From Acidobacteriota bacterium (GTDB lineage Bacteria > Acidobacteriota > UBA890 > WLXD01), in the NCBI GenBank assembly GCA_963666215.2, contig CAXWPL010000003.1:256001-320000 (forward strand): a stretch of DNA of 64,000 nt. The letters are read 5' to 3'. How positions within the stretch are numbered: position 1 is the stretch's first letter; every line of letters begins with the position of its first letter. The notes beneath the pieces are model-generated. The model worked only from the letters and a program-made list of their open reading frames with translations. It was not told the DNA's origin and did not search any database. Both the position numbers and the translations under genes were made by a program. Shown here piece after piece: positions 21,923 to 32,700 of this stretch.

Positions 21923-23091
21923 TGAACCCGACGACAGTGATGACCACCATGGCCGCCACCACGCCGGCCGCTATCGCAGGAGGCCTGTGGGGCCTCCTGC
22001 TCCGCGCTCGGGCCCGAGGCTACGCGCGTGGCTGGCTCGCTCGAGAGCGGCTCAGCCGGCCGGTCATCGGTATCGGAGCTCTGTCGATGGGAGGTACGGG
22101 CAAGACCCCCTGTACGCAGGCACTCGCCAAGATGCTCACCGATCGTGGGGTGAGCGTTGCGATTCTCAGCCGCGGCTATGGGCGCGACGGCAAGCTCCCG
22201 CTGGTCGTCAGCGACGGTCGGCAGCCCGCGCCCGCGGTCGACATTCGTCGCTCCGGCGACGAGCCCGGTTGGCTGGCGCACGTGCTACCCAACGTGGCAG
22301 TGGCCGTTGCGCGTCGCCGGGTCGACGCCGCCGGGGTGCTTGAAAAAGCGTCAGAAGGCACGTTGCAGCGACCGCCGCCAAGAGCCCCGGACCGACCCGC
22401 AGCGTTTCTGCTCGACGACGGGTTCCAGCATCTGAGACTGGAGCGCGACGTCGACCTGCTGGTGGTCGATGCCGACGCGCCCTATTGGAAAGACCAACTG
22501 CCGCCGGGCGGCCGCTTGCGCGAGCCTCACAGCGCCGCCGAGCGGGCGCATGCGGTGCTGCTGGTCGGGCGCAGCCTCGAAGCAGCGCAGGCAGAGCTCC
22601 GAGTCCGTCTGCCCGGCCGTCCTGTTTTCGTGCTCCAATCCAGGCCGCCCGCCGCCTGGTCACTCAGCGACTTCCACAAGCCGGCCGCCGACCGACCGCC
22701 GGCGGCCGCGGTGCCGACGTCTGACGGCACAGAGTGCGGGCCGAGCACTCCCGGGCAGGGTCCTACCTTCGCCTTCGCCGGAATCGCCAACCCGCAGCGC
22801 TTCTGGCGCTCGTTGCGCGCCGCCGGTGTCGAGCTCGTGGGCCGGCGAGCTTTCGCCGACCATCATTGGTACCGCGCCGACGACCTCGTGACTCTGCAGC
22901 GGGAGGCAGTGACCTGCGGCGCTGTGCAGCTGGTAACCACCGAGAAAGACGCGATGCGGCTCGCGCCGCTGCCGCCGCCGGAGCTGCTGACATGGGTCTG
23001 GCGTCATCGACTGCGCCCAACCGACCCCGCGGCTCTTGGCGACTGGCTACTCGAGCACATCGATCTCGCCGCGCACGGGGTAGCATCGTGA
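21922..23091 (+). CDS. lpxK: Tetraacyldisaccharide 4'-kinase
   Basis: GGTGKTP, ILSRGYG, GDEP, LDDGFQH, AGIANP, TTEKD. Confidence 0.93.
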   Translation: MNPTTVMTTMAATTPAAIAGGLWGLLLRARARGYARGWLARERLSRPVIGIGALSMGGTGKTPCTQALAKMLTDRGVSVAILSRGYGRDGKLPLVVSDGRQPAPAVDIRRSGDEPGWLAHVLPNVAVAVARRRVDAAGVLEKASEGTLQRPPPRAPDRPAAFLLDDGFQHLRLERDVDLLVVDADAPYWKDQLPPGGRLREPHSAAERAHAVLLVGRSLEAAQAELRVRLPGRPVFVLQSRPPAAWSLSDFHKPAADRPPAAAVPTSDGTECGPSTPGQGPTFAFAGIANPQRFWRSLRAAGVELVGRRAFADHHWYRADDLVTLQREAVTCGAVQLVTTEKDAMRLAPLPPPELLTWVWRHRLRPTDPAALGDWLLEHIDLAAHGVAS

Positions 23092-24050
23092 GCCTCGCGT
23101 CTCTACTCGTTGGTGCGCTGGCCTGGCAGCCGCCGCGCTGGAGCCTGGGCCGTGCGGCGGCGCGAGGACGGCGGCTCGGAGCCGTGATCCACCTGCTCGA
23201 TCGCCGCCACCGCTCCGTCGCGGAGAAGAACCTCGAGCGAGCCTTCCCGAACCGTTCCGCTGCCTGGCACCGTGACACCGCGCGCGCCGCTTTCGAACAG
23301 ATGGGGCGAACGATCACGGAGCTGCTCTGGAGCCCGGCGCTGAAATCCGTTCCGCTGGAGTCGGCCGTCTCACACAGCGGCCTGGAGCATCTCGAAGGCG
23401 CGCTGCGCAACAACCGGGGAGCTCTGATCGTGAGCGCCCATTTCGGCAACTGGGAGCTGATGGCGCTGGCGCTCGGTCGACTGGGCGTACCGCTCACCGC
23501 GATCGCCAGGCCTCTCGACGACGCCGCACTCGAGGCCCGCCTGCACGCACTACGAACCGCGACAGGAAACGAGGTTCTCGGCAAGCGAGACGGCGTCCAC
23601 AGTGCGCTGCGGGCGCTCCGCAAAGGCCGCGCCGTCGTGGTGCTCAACGACCAGAACACGCTGCGTCAACAGGCCGTCTTCGTCCCCTTCTTCGGTCGCC
23701 TCGCGGCCACGACGCCACTCGTTGCCGCCCTTCATCTGCGCACCGGTGCGCCGATCGTCCCCGCCTTCATGATCCCCGAATCGGACAGCTATCGGCTTCA
23801 CATCGAACCTCCTCTTGACGGAATCGAGCCCCCGACTGGCGACCAACCGGCGGCCGCGGAGCAACCCGCCGACGCCGATTCGAGTTGCCCCCCTTGTCCG
23901 GGTGACGACGATCGACGGCGCCTCACGGCGGCCATTACCTCCCGCATCGAGAAACACGTGCGGACCCACCCGCAGGCGTGGATGTGGATGCACGATCGCT
24001 GGCGTACGCGGCCCCTGGAGGCCTCCCCCCTTCCGGATATCGGATCTTGA
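23088..24050 (+). CDS. Lipid A late acyltransferase (LpxL/HtrB family)
   Basis: SAHFGNWE, NDQN, VPFFG, P..WMWMHDRW; GTG start overlaps the lpxK stop. Confidence 0.88.
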   Translation: MSLASLLVGALAWQPPRWSLGRAAARGRRLGAVIHLLDRRHRSVAEKNLERAFPNRSAAWHRDTARAAFEQMGRTITELLWSPALKSVPLESAVSHSGLEHLEGALRNNRGALIVSAHFGNWELMALALGRLGVPLTAIARPLDDAALEARLHALRTATGNEVLGKRDGVHSALRALRKGRAVVVLNDQNTLRQQAVFVPFFGRLAATTPLVAALHLRTGAPIVPAFMIPESDSYRLHIEPPLDGIEPPTGDQPAAAEQPADADSSCPPCPGDDDRRRLTAAITSRIEKHVRTHPQAWMWMHDRWRTRPLEASPLPDIGS

Positions 24051-25090
24051 CGCGTCCACCGATCACGATCGAGCCACGCCACTGGATCGTCCGTACGCCA
24101 ACCTGGATCGGCGACACGGTCATGGCGGTAGGCACCATTCGCGCCTTGATGCAGTCGGGCGCGGAGTCCGTCGTACTCTGGGGTCCGCCGCGCACGGGCT
24201 CGTTACTGCGCACCCTGGGGATCGGCAACGACCTGCTCCCCTACGCGCGCCGCAGCGGCCTCGGTGGGCTCGCCGACGTCTGGAGCGGCCGCAAAGCGCT
24301 CGCCGCCCAAATTGCATCGACCGCGCACAACCATGAAGTTGGCGTGTTGCTGATGCCCAACGCGTTCGAGCCCGCGCTGATCGCATGGGCTGCCGCTGCC
24401 GGCCGGCGCGTTGGTTATGCCACCGAGATGCGAGGTGGGCTGCTCACCGACCCGATCGCCGTCCCACCCGTCTCGCAGCCGCTGCACGACGCCGACCGCT
24501 ATGCGGCATTGCTGGGCCCGCTGGGCGTCGCGCCACCGGGCGCCAACGACTACCGTCTGCAGCCGCCAGAACATCTCCTCAACGCCGCCGCTCAGCGGCT
24601 GAGCTCGGCACCGAACCCGATCGCCCTCATTCCGGGATCGGCGAACGATCCGAGGCGGCGCTGGCCGATCGATCGATTCGCACAACTCGCCGATCTGCTG
24701 GCGCAGCGCGACGGCTCAACACCGGTGCTCCTTGGCAGTCCAGCCGAGGTCGCACTGACGCGGGCCGTTGCCGAGCGCGCAACCGCCACATGCCTCGACC
24801 TCGCCGGCACCGATCTACACGAGCTGACCGCGCTGCTGGCGAGCTGCTTGGCCGTTGTCAGCAACGACACCGGCCCGGCGCATCTGGCGGCAGCGCTTGG
24901 TCGCCCCACGGTGGTGCTGTATGGCCCCACCGACGTGCGGCGTACCGGCGTTCGGGGCCCGGCGACGCGCCGGCTCGTGGCGCGGTCGGGGTCGGTCCTC
25001 GAGCACGACGTCGACAGCGTTGTCGACGCCCTGCTGAGCGCTACTCGCGAACCAGAGTCGGAGAGTACCGAGGTGCCGCCGCCGAGTTGA
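24047..25090 (+). CDS. waaF: LPS heptosyltransferase II-like (GT9)
   Basis: PTWIGDTVMA, RRWP..RF, VSNDTGPAHLAAA, LYGPT. Confidence 0.82.
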   Translation: MTRPPITIEPRHWIVRTPTWIGDTVMAVGTIRALMQSGAESVVLWGPPRTGSLLRTLGIGNDLLPYARRSGLGGLADVWSGRKALAAQIASTAHNHEVGVLLMPNAFEPALIAWAAAAGRRVGYATEMRGGLLTDPIAVPPVSQPLHDADRYAALLGPLGVAPPGANDYRLQPPEHLLNAAAQRLSSAPNPIALIPGSANDPRRRWPIDRFAQLADLLAQRDGSTPVLLGSPAEVALTRAVAERATATCLDLAGTDLHELTALLASCLAVVSNDTGPAHLAAALGRPTVVLYGPTDVRRTGVRGPATRRLVARSGSVLEHDVDSVVDALLSATREPESESTEVPPPS

Positions 25091-25276
25091 CGCTCGCCAT
25101 ATGGCGCGGTTAACGTGGCGCGGCCTCTTGCCCTCCCGCTGCCGTTGGCGGCTCTGCGAGCCCCTCGTTCGGACTCATGGCCCCTCCACACCCACTCGCG
25201 TGGCCACACGCACGCGCCACTCCCGGCACCTGCGCCAGTCCGTCGCAGGACGCCCCATGAGAGCACCCCGACCGTG

Positions 25277-25855
25277 ATGAAACGACTTCTCGGGCGATGG
25301 CGGTCATGGGCAGCCCACCATCGAGTGCACGTTGGCATCCTGTTCGCGATCCTGTACGTAGCCCTCAGCGCTACGTCGCCCGAGCGCCTACCGTACGGGG
25401 CCGCACTCGTGATCGCCGGCGAAACCATCCGGGTGTGGGCCTGTGGGCATCTGGAGCGCAACAAGGTGATCGCGCGGCGTGGGCCGTACGCCCTCGTGCG
25501 CCATCCACTCTACGTGGGCAGCCTGCTCATCGGCACGGGACTCGCGTTCCTCACCCTGCACGTCACGTGGTGGCTGCCGGCGTTCGTGGCCCTGTACGTG
25601 GGCTTCTACATGCCGGCGATGCACATCGAGGAGCTGCGCTTGCAGTCGTTGTTCGGCGCCGAGTACCACGAGTACATGGCAGACGTCCCACGGCTCTTGC
25701 CCCGCATGAGCGCCATCGGCTCGTCAACCTCGAACGGCCGTCGCTTCGAATGGTCACGCGCCGTCGGCAACCGCGAGATGCGAACCATCGCGGTGATGGC
25801 GGCTCTGCTACTGGTGCAACTCGCCAAGCTCTGGCAAGTGACGGCTAGCGGCTAG
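25277..25855 (+). CDS. ICMT/Ste14/PEMT-family integral membrane methyltransferase
   Basis: GETIRVWACG, GPYALVRHPLYVG, EELRL..FGAEY.EY...VPR. Confidence 0.85.
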   Translation: MKRLLGRWRSWAAHHRVHVGILFAILYVALSATSPERLPYGAALVIAGETIRVWACGHLERNKVIARRGPYALVRHPLYVGSLLIGTGLAFLTLHVTWWLPAFVALYVGFYMPAMHIEELRLQSLFGAEYHEYMADVPRLLPRMSAIGSSTSNGRRFEWSRAVGNREMRTIAVMAALLLVQLAKLWQVTASG

Positions 25856-25882
25856 CAGAACCCGGGACACCCGTCGTCGGCC

Positions 25883-26215
25883 TCACCACCAGTCGCCGCC
25901 AACCCCACCCGTCCCCGGCGTCACCCGCACCCGATTGACGACCTGCTCCACGCCGGCCACGCGACCACCCAACCGGAGTGCGGTTCTGACCACCTCGAGC
26001 GACGGCGCCGTCCCCGTCAGCACGAGCACGCCGTCCTCGAACGTCACAACAATCTCCGCCCCGGCGAGATCTTCCTCATCCGCGAGCGACTCCTCAACCT
26101 CGATAACGACGGCCTGCGGCTCGCGCACTGGCCTCTGACGCGGTCCAGAGGCGCAGCCGGCACCCATCGTCAACAACAACATGGCCAAGGCCCCGACGGC
26201 CAACAGAGGCTGCAT
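25883..26215 (-). CDS. BON-domain lipoprotein
   Basis: Lipobox-like GAGC; I.V....GVLVLTG...VAGVEQVVNRV BON pattern. Confidence 0.75.
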   Translation of the reverse strand: MQPLLAVGALAMLLLTMGAGCASGPRQRPVREPQAVVIEVEESLADEEDLAGAEIVVTFEDGVLVLTGTAPSLEVVRTALRLGGRVAGVEQVVNRVRVTPGTGGVGGDWW

Positions 26216-26353
26216 CTGACTTTTACTGTCTTTTAATATCAATATGATGCTGCAGAAGCATTTTAGACGCGTTATTTGATCTTTGAGCATGATTCGATGT
26301 CACCTATACTTCCGCTGGACACCCAACGACGGCGGTCCGAGAGGGGTGAGAAC

Positions 26354-26555
26354 TTGTCGAACAGACAGAGTGGATCGGCGACGCCGAGCAGCGCCGCGCC
26401 CAAAGAGTTCGTGGAGCGCAGCATCTTCCTGCCGCGGCGCCTCAACATGCGACTCGACGAGCTCTGCGATCGCTCCGGAAAAGAACCAAGCGAGCTCATC
26501 ATCGATGCGATCCGCCTCCTGATGTCGGGAGGTGTGCCGACCGCAGCAGCCTCGA
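26354..26555 (+). CDS. Ribbon-helix-helix/CopG-like small protein, 3' end disrupted
   Basis: RSIFLPRRLNMRLDELCDRSGKEPSELIIDAI resembles RHH; reads on into the antisense GH2 fragment. Confidence 0.4.
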
Positions 26556-26875
26556 TCGGCAGACAGCCCAACCATCACCATCAGGCCGTGGCGCTGTGCG
26601 ATGTCGAGGAGCGCCCGCGGCGGCATCGTGTGCGGAATGCGCACGGTGTTGAATCCCGCCGCTGCCATCTGGGCGAAATCCCGATCAACCTGGTCGAGAT
26701 CGTGATACTCGCGACCGTCTTCGTCGGGTTCGAACGCCCCGTACGAGACGCCCTTGACGTAGAACTTTTTCGCGCCAATCGCCAAGAATTTCCCGGCGAT
26801 GCGGGGCCGCTGCGCCGGGGTCGCTTTGCTAGCAGCAGCGACCCTGAGGCGGTTCTGGAGTCAGCTGAGCCCATT
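26556..26875 (-). pseudogene. N-terminal fragment of a GH2-like TIM-barrel (GH2/GT2-type) protein
   Basis: GKFL..G.KKFYVKGVSYG.F...DFAQMAAAGFNTVRI..PP..LLD.A.RHGL.VMVGL, then abruptly non-homologous sequence. Confidence 0.65.
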
Positions 26876-27146
26876 AGACCGGCACCGACTAGACGCATGC
26901 TCACCACTGTTCGGAGACCCTTGTAGGCGCAAGGCCAGCTACTGCGATATGGCCACAATCAAAAAGAAAAATCGACACGCTCATGGACGCTGTGCGGCCG
27001 TCTGAGAAGCGCCGACCGGCTAGCGCCGACGCGTCGAAACCGAGGTCCCAGCCGATTCCGCCAGGCCAGCCGAACTGTATCGGAACACAGCGGCCCCGAA
27101 TCCCGTAACGGAAGGAGCACCTCACTTCTCGAACTCAGGACTTCCC

Positions 27147-29624
27147 ATGGACGCTCTGATTCACGATCTCCGGTTCGCCGCCCGCCAGCTTTGGAAAGAC
27201 AAGCCGTTTCTTGCTACGGCTGGATTGACGCTGGCGCTGTGCATTGGCGCGAACGCGACCATCTTCAGTGTCGTGAACTCGGTGCTACTCAAGCCGCTGG
27301 ACGTGCCGGAGCCCGAGCGCCTCGTGCGCATGTACAACGCGTATCCCGCGGCGATGGCCAACCCGGGCTCCGGCAGGCTGCGCGGTAGCAACGGGGTGCC
27401 GGACTACTACGACCGGCGGGCGCTCAGCGACATGTTCGCGGAGTTAGCTGTGTACAGCGCCACCGGCTTCAGCCTCGAGATCGAGGGCACGCCACAACGC
27501 GTCACCGGCCAGGAGGTGTCGCCGTCGTTCTTCCCGCTGCTGGGCGCATCGGCGGCCGTCGGTCGCACGTTCACCGAGGACGAGGGCGAGATCGGCAACA
27601 ACAAGGTCGTGGTTCTCAGCCATGGGCTCTGGCGGGAGCTCTACGGCGGCGATCCCTCGGTGGTCGGTAACACAATGCGTATCGACGCCGAACCGTTCGT
27701 CATCGTCGGGGTGATGCCGCAGGACTTCGTCTTCATCAACCCCGACGTGCGGCTATGGGCGGCCGCGGCCTTCACGCCTCAACAGCGGCAGCAGTATCAC
27801 AGCAACAGCTGGCAGATGATCGCGCGGTTGCAGCCCGACGCGACGATCGAGCGCGCCCAGGAGCAGATCGACGCTCTGAACGCCGCCAACATGGACAAGA
27901 TGCCGAGCCTCAAGCCGCTGCTGATCGATGCGGGCTTCCATACGCCGCTCTACTTCTTGCAGGAGGATCTGACGTTCGATATCAGCGGCACGCTGTACCT
28001 GCTCTGGGGCGGCGTCGGGTTCGTGCTGTTGATCGGAGCCGTCAACGTTGCCAACCTGGTGCTCGTTCGCTCCACGGCGCGCACCCGAGAGCTTGCCACC
28101 CGCTTCGCGCTGGGAGCACGGCGCGGCCGCGTGGCGCGGCAGCTGCTCACCGAGATCATCGTGCTGACGCTGGTCGGCGGCGCCGCCGGATTGGGCGTTG
28201 GATGGCTCGGGCTGCAGGCGCTGACCTCGCTGGGCATCGATCAGCTGCCGCGCTCCGGCGAGATTGGTCTCGACATGACGGCGGTGGCGTTCACGATGGG
28301 ACTGGCGCTGCTCATCGGTTGTGTCGTGGCTCTGATTCCGGCGGCCACGCTGCTGCGTCTGGATCTCAGCTCGGTGTTCCGCGAGGAGGGCCGTAGCGGT
28401 ACGGCCGGGCGCGGCGTGCGTACCCTGCGCAAGGGCATGGTTGTAGCGCAGGTGGCGTTCGCGTTGATGTTGCTGGTTGGCGCCGGCCTGCTGATGGCGA
28501 GCTTTCGTGAGGTGCTCAACGTCGATCCAGGCTTCGAGCCGCGCGGCGTGCTCACCGGCAGCCTGACACTCACCGCCGCCACTTACCCCGAAGACGGCGA
28601 CCTCGTTACGTTCACCCGCACGCTCATCGAGCGCGTCAGCGCGCTCCCGGGGGTGGATGCCGTTGCGGCAACCACCCAGATCCCCTTCGGCAACAGCTCC
28701 AACGACAGTGTGATCTTCGCCGAGGGTTATGTCCCGGAACCTGGAGAGGCCGTGGTCTCGCCGTTGCAGAACGTCGTCACGCCGGGCTACTTCGAGGCGA
28801 TGGGTATCGAGGTGCTGCGCGGGCGTAGCTTCGACTCGCGCGACACCGCCGACGGGCAGCCGGTGATCGTTGTCGACGAGCAACTGGCGGACCGCTTCTG
28901 GCCTGATGGCAGCGCCCTGGGCTCGCGCATGTGGATGCCGACCAGCGTCGAGGACGTCACCAACAGCGACAACGCCACCTTCCTCGAGGTTGTCGGTGTG
29001 GTAGCGCGGATCCGCACCCGAGGTCTCGATGCGGGCCCGTCGAACACCGGCGCCTACTACTTCGCGTACGAGCAGAGCGCGCGCCGCTCACTTGACGTCG
29101 TCTTCACCACCAGCGGCGAGCCGCGGGCACTCATCGCATCGGTGCGTCAGGCCATCGCGGAGATCGACCGGGACCTGCCGCTTTTCGACGTGCGCACGAT
29201 GCAGGAACGTATCGACGCCTCGCTCGTCAATCGCCGCACCCCGATGCTGTTGACTGCCGGGTTCAGCGTGGTCGCTCTGCTGCTGGCTGCGGTCGGCATC
29301 TACGGTGTGTTGGCGTATCTGGTGCAGCTGCGAACACGGGAGATCGGCATTCGCGTTGCCCTGGGCAGCGCCGCCCCGGCCATCTTCAAGACCGTGCTCG
29401 GTGAAGGTGCGCTGATCGTGGCTGCCGGGCTGCTACTGGGCGCGGGCGGAACCGTGCTCCTGGGACGGTTCATCGAGACCCAACTCTACGGCGTCTCGAC
29501 GATGGATCCGGCGGTGCTCGGCCTCGTCGCCACACTGCTAGCGGTGGTGGCAATGGTGGCCTGCCTCGTCCCGGCCCGACGCGCCACCCGTATCGATCCG
29601 GTCGCGGCGCTGGCTCAAGACTGA
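27147..29624 (+). CDS. ADOP-type duplicated ABC permease (2x MacB_PCD + 2x FtsX)
   Basis: DLRFAAR, LALCIGANATIFSVVN, NVANL, RTREIGIRVALG, PARRATRIDP. Confidence 0.9.
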   Translation: MDALIHDLRFAARQLWKDKPFLATAGLTLALCIGANATIFSVVNSVLLKPLDVPEPERLVRMYNAYPAAMANPGSGRLRGSNGVPDYYDRRALSDMFAELAVYSATGFSLEIEGTPQRVTGQEVSPSFFPLLGASAAVGRTFTEDEGEIGNNKVVVLSHGLWRELYGGDPSVVGNTMRIDAEPFVIVGVMPQDFVFINPDVRLWAAAAFTPQQRQQYHSNSWQMIARLQPDATIERAQEQIDALNAANMDKMPSLKPLLIDAGFHTPLYFLQEDLTFDISGTLYLLWGGVGFVLLIGAVNVANLVLVRSTARTRELATRFALGARRGRVARQLLTEIIVLTLVGGAAGLGVGWLGLQALTSLGIDQLPRSGEIGLDMTAVAFTMGLALLIGCVVALIPAATLLRLDLSSVFREEGRSGTAGRGVRTLRKGMVVAQVAFALMLLVGAGLLMASFREVLNVDPGFEPRGVLTGSLTLTAATYPEDGDLVTFTRTLIERVSALPGVDAVAATTQIPFGNSSNDSVIFAEGYVPEPGEAVVSPLQNVVTPGYFEAMGIEVLRGRSFDSRDTADGQPVIVVDEQLADRFWPDGSALGSRMWMPTSVEDVTNSDNATFLEVVGVVARIRTRGLDAGPSNTGAYYFAYEQSARRSLDVVFTTSGEPRALIASVRQAIAEIDRDLPLFDVRTMQERIDASLVNRRTPMLLTAGFSVVALLLAAVGIYGVLAYLVQLRTREIGIRVALGSAAPAIFKTVLGEGALIVAAGLLLGAGGTVLLGRFIETQLYGVSTMDPAVLGLVATLLAVVAMVACLVPARRATRIDPVAALAQD

Positions 29625-29739
29625 ACGACGACGGCACGGTGAGGAAACTCACCGGGCCGGCACGGGCGTTGCTCGAGGTGGTTGCGGAGCAGCCTCAGGT
29701 CGCCGCCGAGGCGCTTTTCTAGGCGCGCCTCGCCGGACC

Positions 29740-32700
29740 TCAGAGTTGCCCGACAGCGGGGATGTTCGCCTCGATCACGCGTCGGTTGAGCTCCCCGAGG
29801 TCCTCCTGAACCAGCGTCTCGAGGCCGCCGAGCTGCTCCTCGAGCTCGTTGGCCAGGCGCTCGAGCCAGTTGGCCTGGGACTGCGTGGGGGCAGCGGAGG
29901 CTCGCCCCACGGCCGATGCCAGAGAGCGTAGCTTCTCGTGGATCTCGGGGCCGGCAGTGTAGGGTCCGGTCGGCCCACTGTCGGCGCCTGGAGGTCGCTG
30001 GTTGGTGATCCGAGATCTGATCTCCTCGAAGCGCGTGGCGAGGTCGTGGGCGGCGCTCGCGAGATCGCCCCCCACGTCGGCGTCAGCCTCGTCGGAGTCG
30101 TCGTCGGAGGCGGACTCGGAATCGTTGTCGTCGCCAAGCCGATCGCCGAGTGACCGCAGTTGCCCCACGACGTCGTCGATGAGCTCGATCCCCTTCTGTG
30201 ATCGGGCGCGCAGCTCAACCAGTCGCAGCAGCGCGTCGCGCTGTGCGACGAGATCCTGTACCGAGACCTCCACGCGCGGGTCCATGCGCACCTCGAGCTC
30301 GGTCGCCGACTCCTTCCCTGCCGCCTTCAACACCACCCGATAGGTCCCTGGAATCACCAGCGGTGGCGGCGATCCTGATCCCGGGAAGGGAGCTGTTGCT
30401 GCTGGCGCCTCTTCCGACTGGTGCCGCAGGTTCCACACCACGCGGTTGATCCCCCCTTCGGCCGGCGCCTCGAGGGTACGAACAACCTCGCCGTCGGCCG
30501 ACTCGATGGTGATCGCGATCGCGGACTCAGCGTTGGCGTCGCCATCGGCGGACTCCTCGGAGGGAGTCTCTTCAGAGGCCGCGTCTTCGGAGGAAGCGGA
30601 TGCGTCGGCTTCGGCCTCGAGATCCAAGCCAGGAGGCACGAAGTAAGAGATCACGGCGCCGTAGGGCGGGTTGGCGCCGACGAAGACCTTGTCTCCCAGG
30701 TCAACGCGCAGCTCGCGTGTGTAGGGTTGAAATCGCGTCGCCGTGCGAAGTCCGAACAGGTGCACCTCGTCGCTCTCGGCCTCCGCTTCAGCGAAATGCT
30801 GCAGCGGCGTGATGTCGTCGAGAATGAGGATCGAGCGCCCGTGTGTGCCAATGATCAGGTCGTTGTCGCGCGGGTGGATCAGGATGTCGCGTACCGCCAC
30901 CGGCGGGAGCCCGAGACGCAGCGAGGTCCATGCCCGAGCCTCCGAGTCCCCGCTATCGAGACCATCGAGACCATCGGGGCCCCACGACACGAAGATTCCC
31001 AGCTCTGTACCAACGAACAACAGGTCGGGATTGCGCGGATCCTCTCGCACGACGTGCACGTAGCCCGGATCGGGAAGGCCGGAGCCGATGTCGGTCCAGC
31101 TCTCGCCGAAGTCGGTGGTCATGAACAGATACGGCGCGAAATCGTCGAGCCGATGCCTGTCGAAGGCAACGTAGGCCGTGCCCGCGTCGCGCCGCGACGC
31201 CTCGATGCGCGAAACCCACGACGCCGGCGGCATTGGCATGTTGCCGATGAGGTTGGTCCAAGTGGTTCCACCATCGCGCGTGAGCTGCACGTTGCCGTCG
31301 TCGGTACCGACCCAGATCACCCCCGCCTGCATTGGCGACTCGGCGATCGTGTAGATCGTGGTGTGGTACTCGGCCGTGGTGTTGTCGGCCGTGATGGGTC
31401 CGCCGGACGAGACCTGTTTCTCTTCGTCGTTGGTGGTGAGGTCGGGGCTGATCTCCTCCCACGAATCGCCGCCGTCGTCGGTGCGGAACAGGACGTTGCT
31501 TCCCAAGTAAACGGTTTTCGGACTGTGCGGCGAGATCAGGATCGGCGAGTTCCAGTTGAAGCGGTACGGGTGCTCGCCAACGGCGCCGCCCGAAAACGGA
31601 TACGGGGAAATCGACCGTTGCTCGTTGGTGCTCAGGTCAACCCGCAGGATGCGGCCCCCCTGGGAACCGGCATAAACGATGTTGTGGTCGCTGGGGTCGG
31701 GCTGTATGTAAGTGCCGTCGCCGTACTGCACGTGGTACCAGTCGGCTTCGAGGATGCCCGTGCTGGTCATCGTGTTGCTCGGCCCGCACCAGGCGTCGTT
31801 GTCCTGGAAGCCAGCGCAAACAAAGTACGGGTCCCGCATGTCGGCGCCGATCTGGTAGACCTGCTGCAGCGGCAGGTTGTTGACCACCTCCCAGGTCTCA
31901 CCACCGTTGTACGAGTAGGCAATGCCGCCGTCGTTGCCGTCGACCACCATCATCGGGTCGTCGGGGTTGATCCAGAACGACTGGTGATCGCCGTGGTGCG
32001 TTCGCCCGATGCGCCGCCAATTGCGGCCGCCGTCGGTGGACAGGTTGAGTCGTCCTCCCACCATATAGAGGCGATTCTCGTTCGACGGGTCGATGCGGAA
32101 GTCGGCGTAGTAGAAGGGCCGCGAGGCAATGGCGCGGTCGTCGCTCACGAGCACCCACGAGTCGCCCCCATCGCTGCTGCGCCACAGCGCTCCGTCGGTC
32201 GACTCGATCATCGCGTAAACGACGTCGTTGTCAGATACGGAGACGGCGACGCCGATACGGCCGAGGACGCCGGTCGGCAGCCCGTTGTCGAGCTCGGGGC
32301 TGGTGAGCTCGGTCCAGCTGTCGCCGCCGTCGCGGCTCATGTAGAGGCCGCTGCCCGGGCCGCCGGAGCGGAAATGCCATGGCTGGCGCAGGAAGTCCCA
32401 CATGCCGGCATAAAGAATGCGCGGATTGGTAGCGTCGATCGCCAGGTCGGACACGCCGGTGGTGGGGTCGACGTAGAGGACCTTCTCCCAGGTTTCGCCA
32501 CCGTCGCGGCTGCGGTACACGCCGCGGTCCTCATGGGCTCCCCAGGCGTGTCCCATGGCGCCGACGTAGACGTGATCGGGGTTGTCGGGATGCACACGAA
32601 TGCGCGCGATGCGCTCGGTCGTCTCCAGTCCGACGTGAGTCCACGTATCCCCACCATCGTTTGAGCGATACACGCCGTCGCCGAACGAAGTGGAGTTGCG

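Noticed and set aside
29707-29732. CGAGGCGC/GCGCCTCG hairpin between convergent genes as a terminator
   Set aside because: No U-tract on either side; weak support.
30421-32664. 747-aa plus-strand ORF (also 7298-8470, 33510-35192, 42816-44399)
   Set aside because: Antisense shadows of real high-GC genes with no recognisable motifs.
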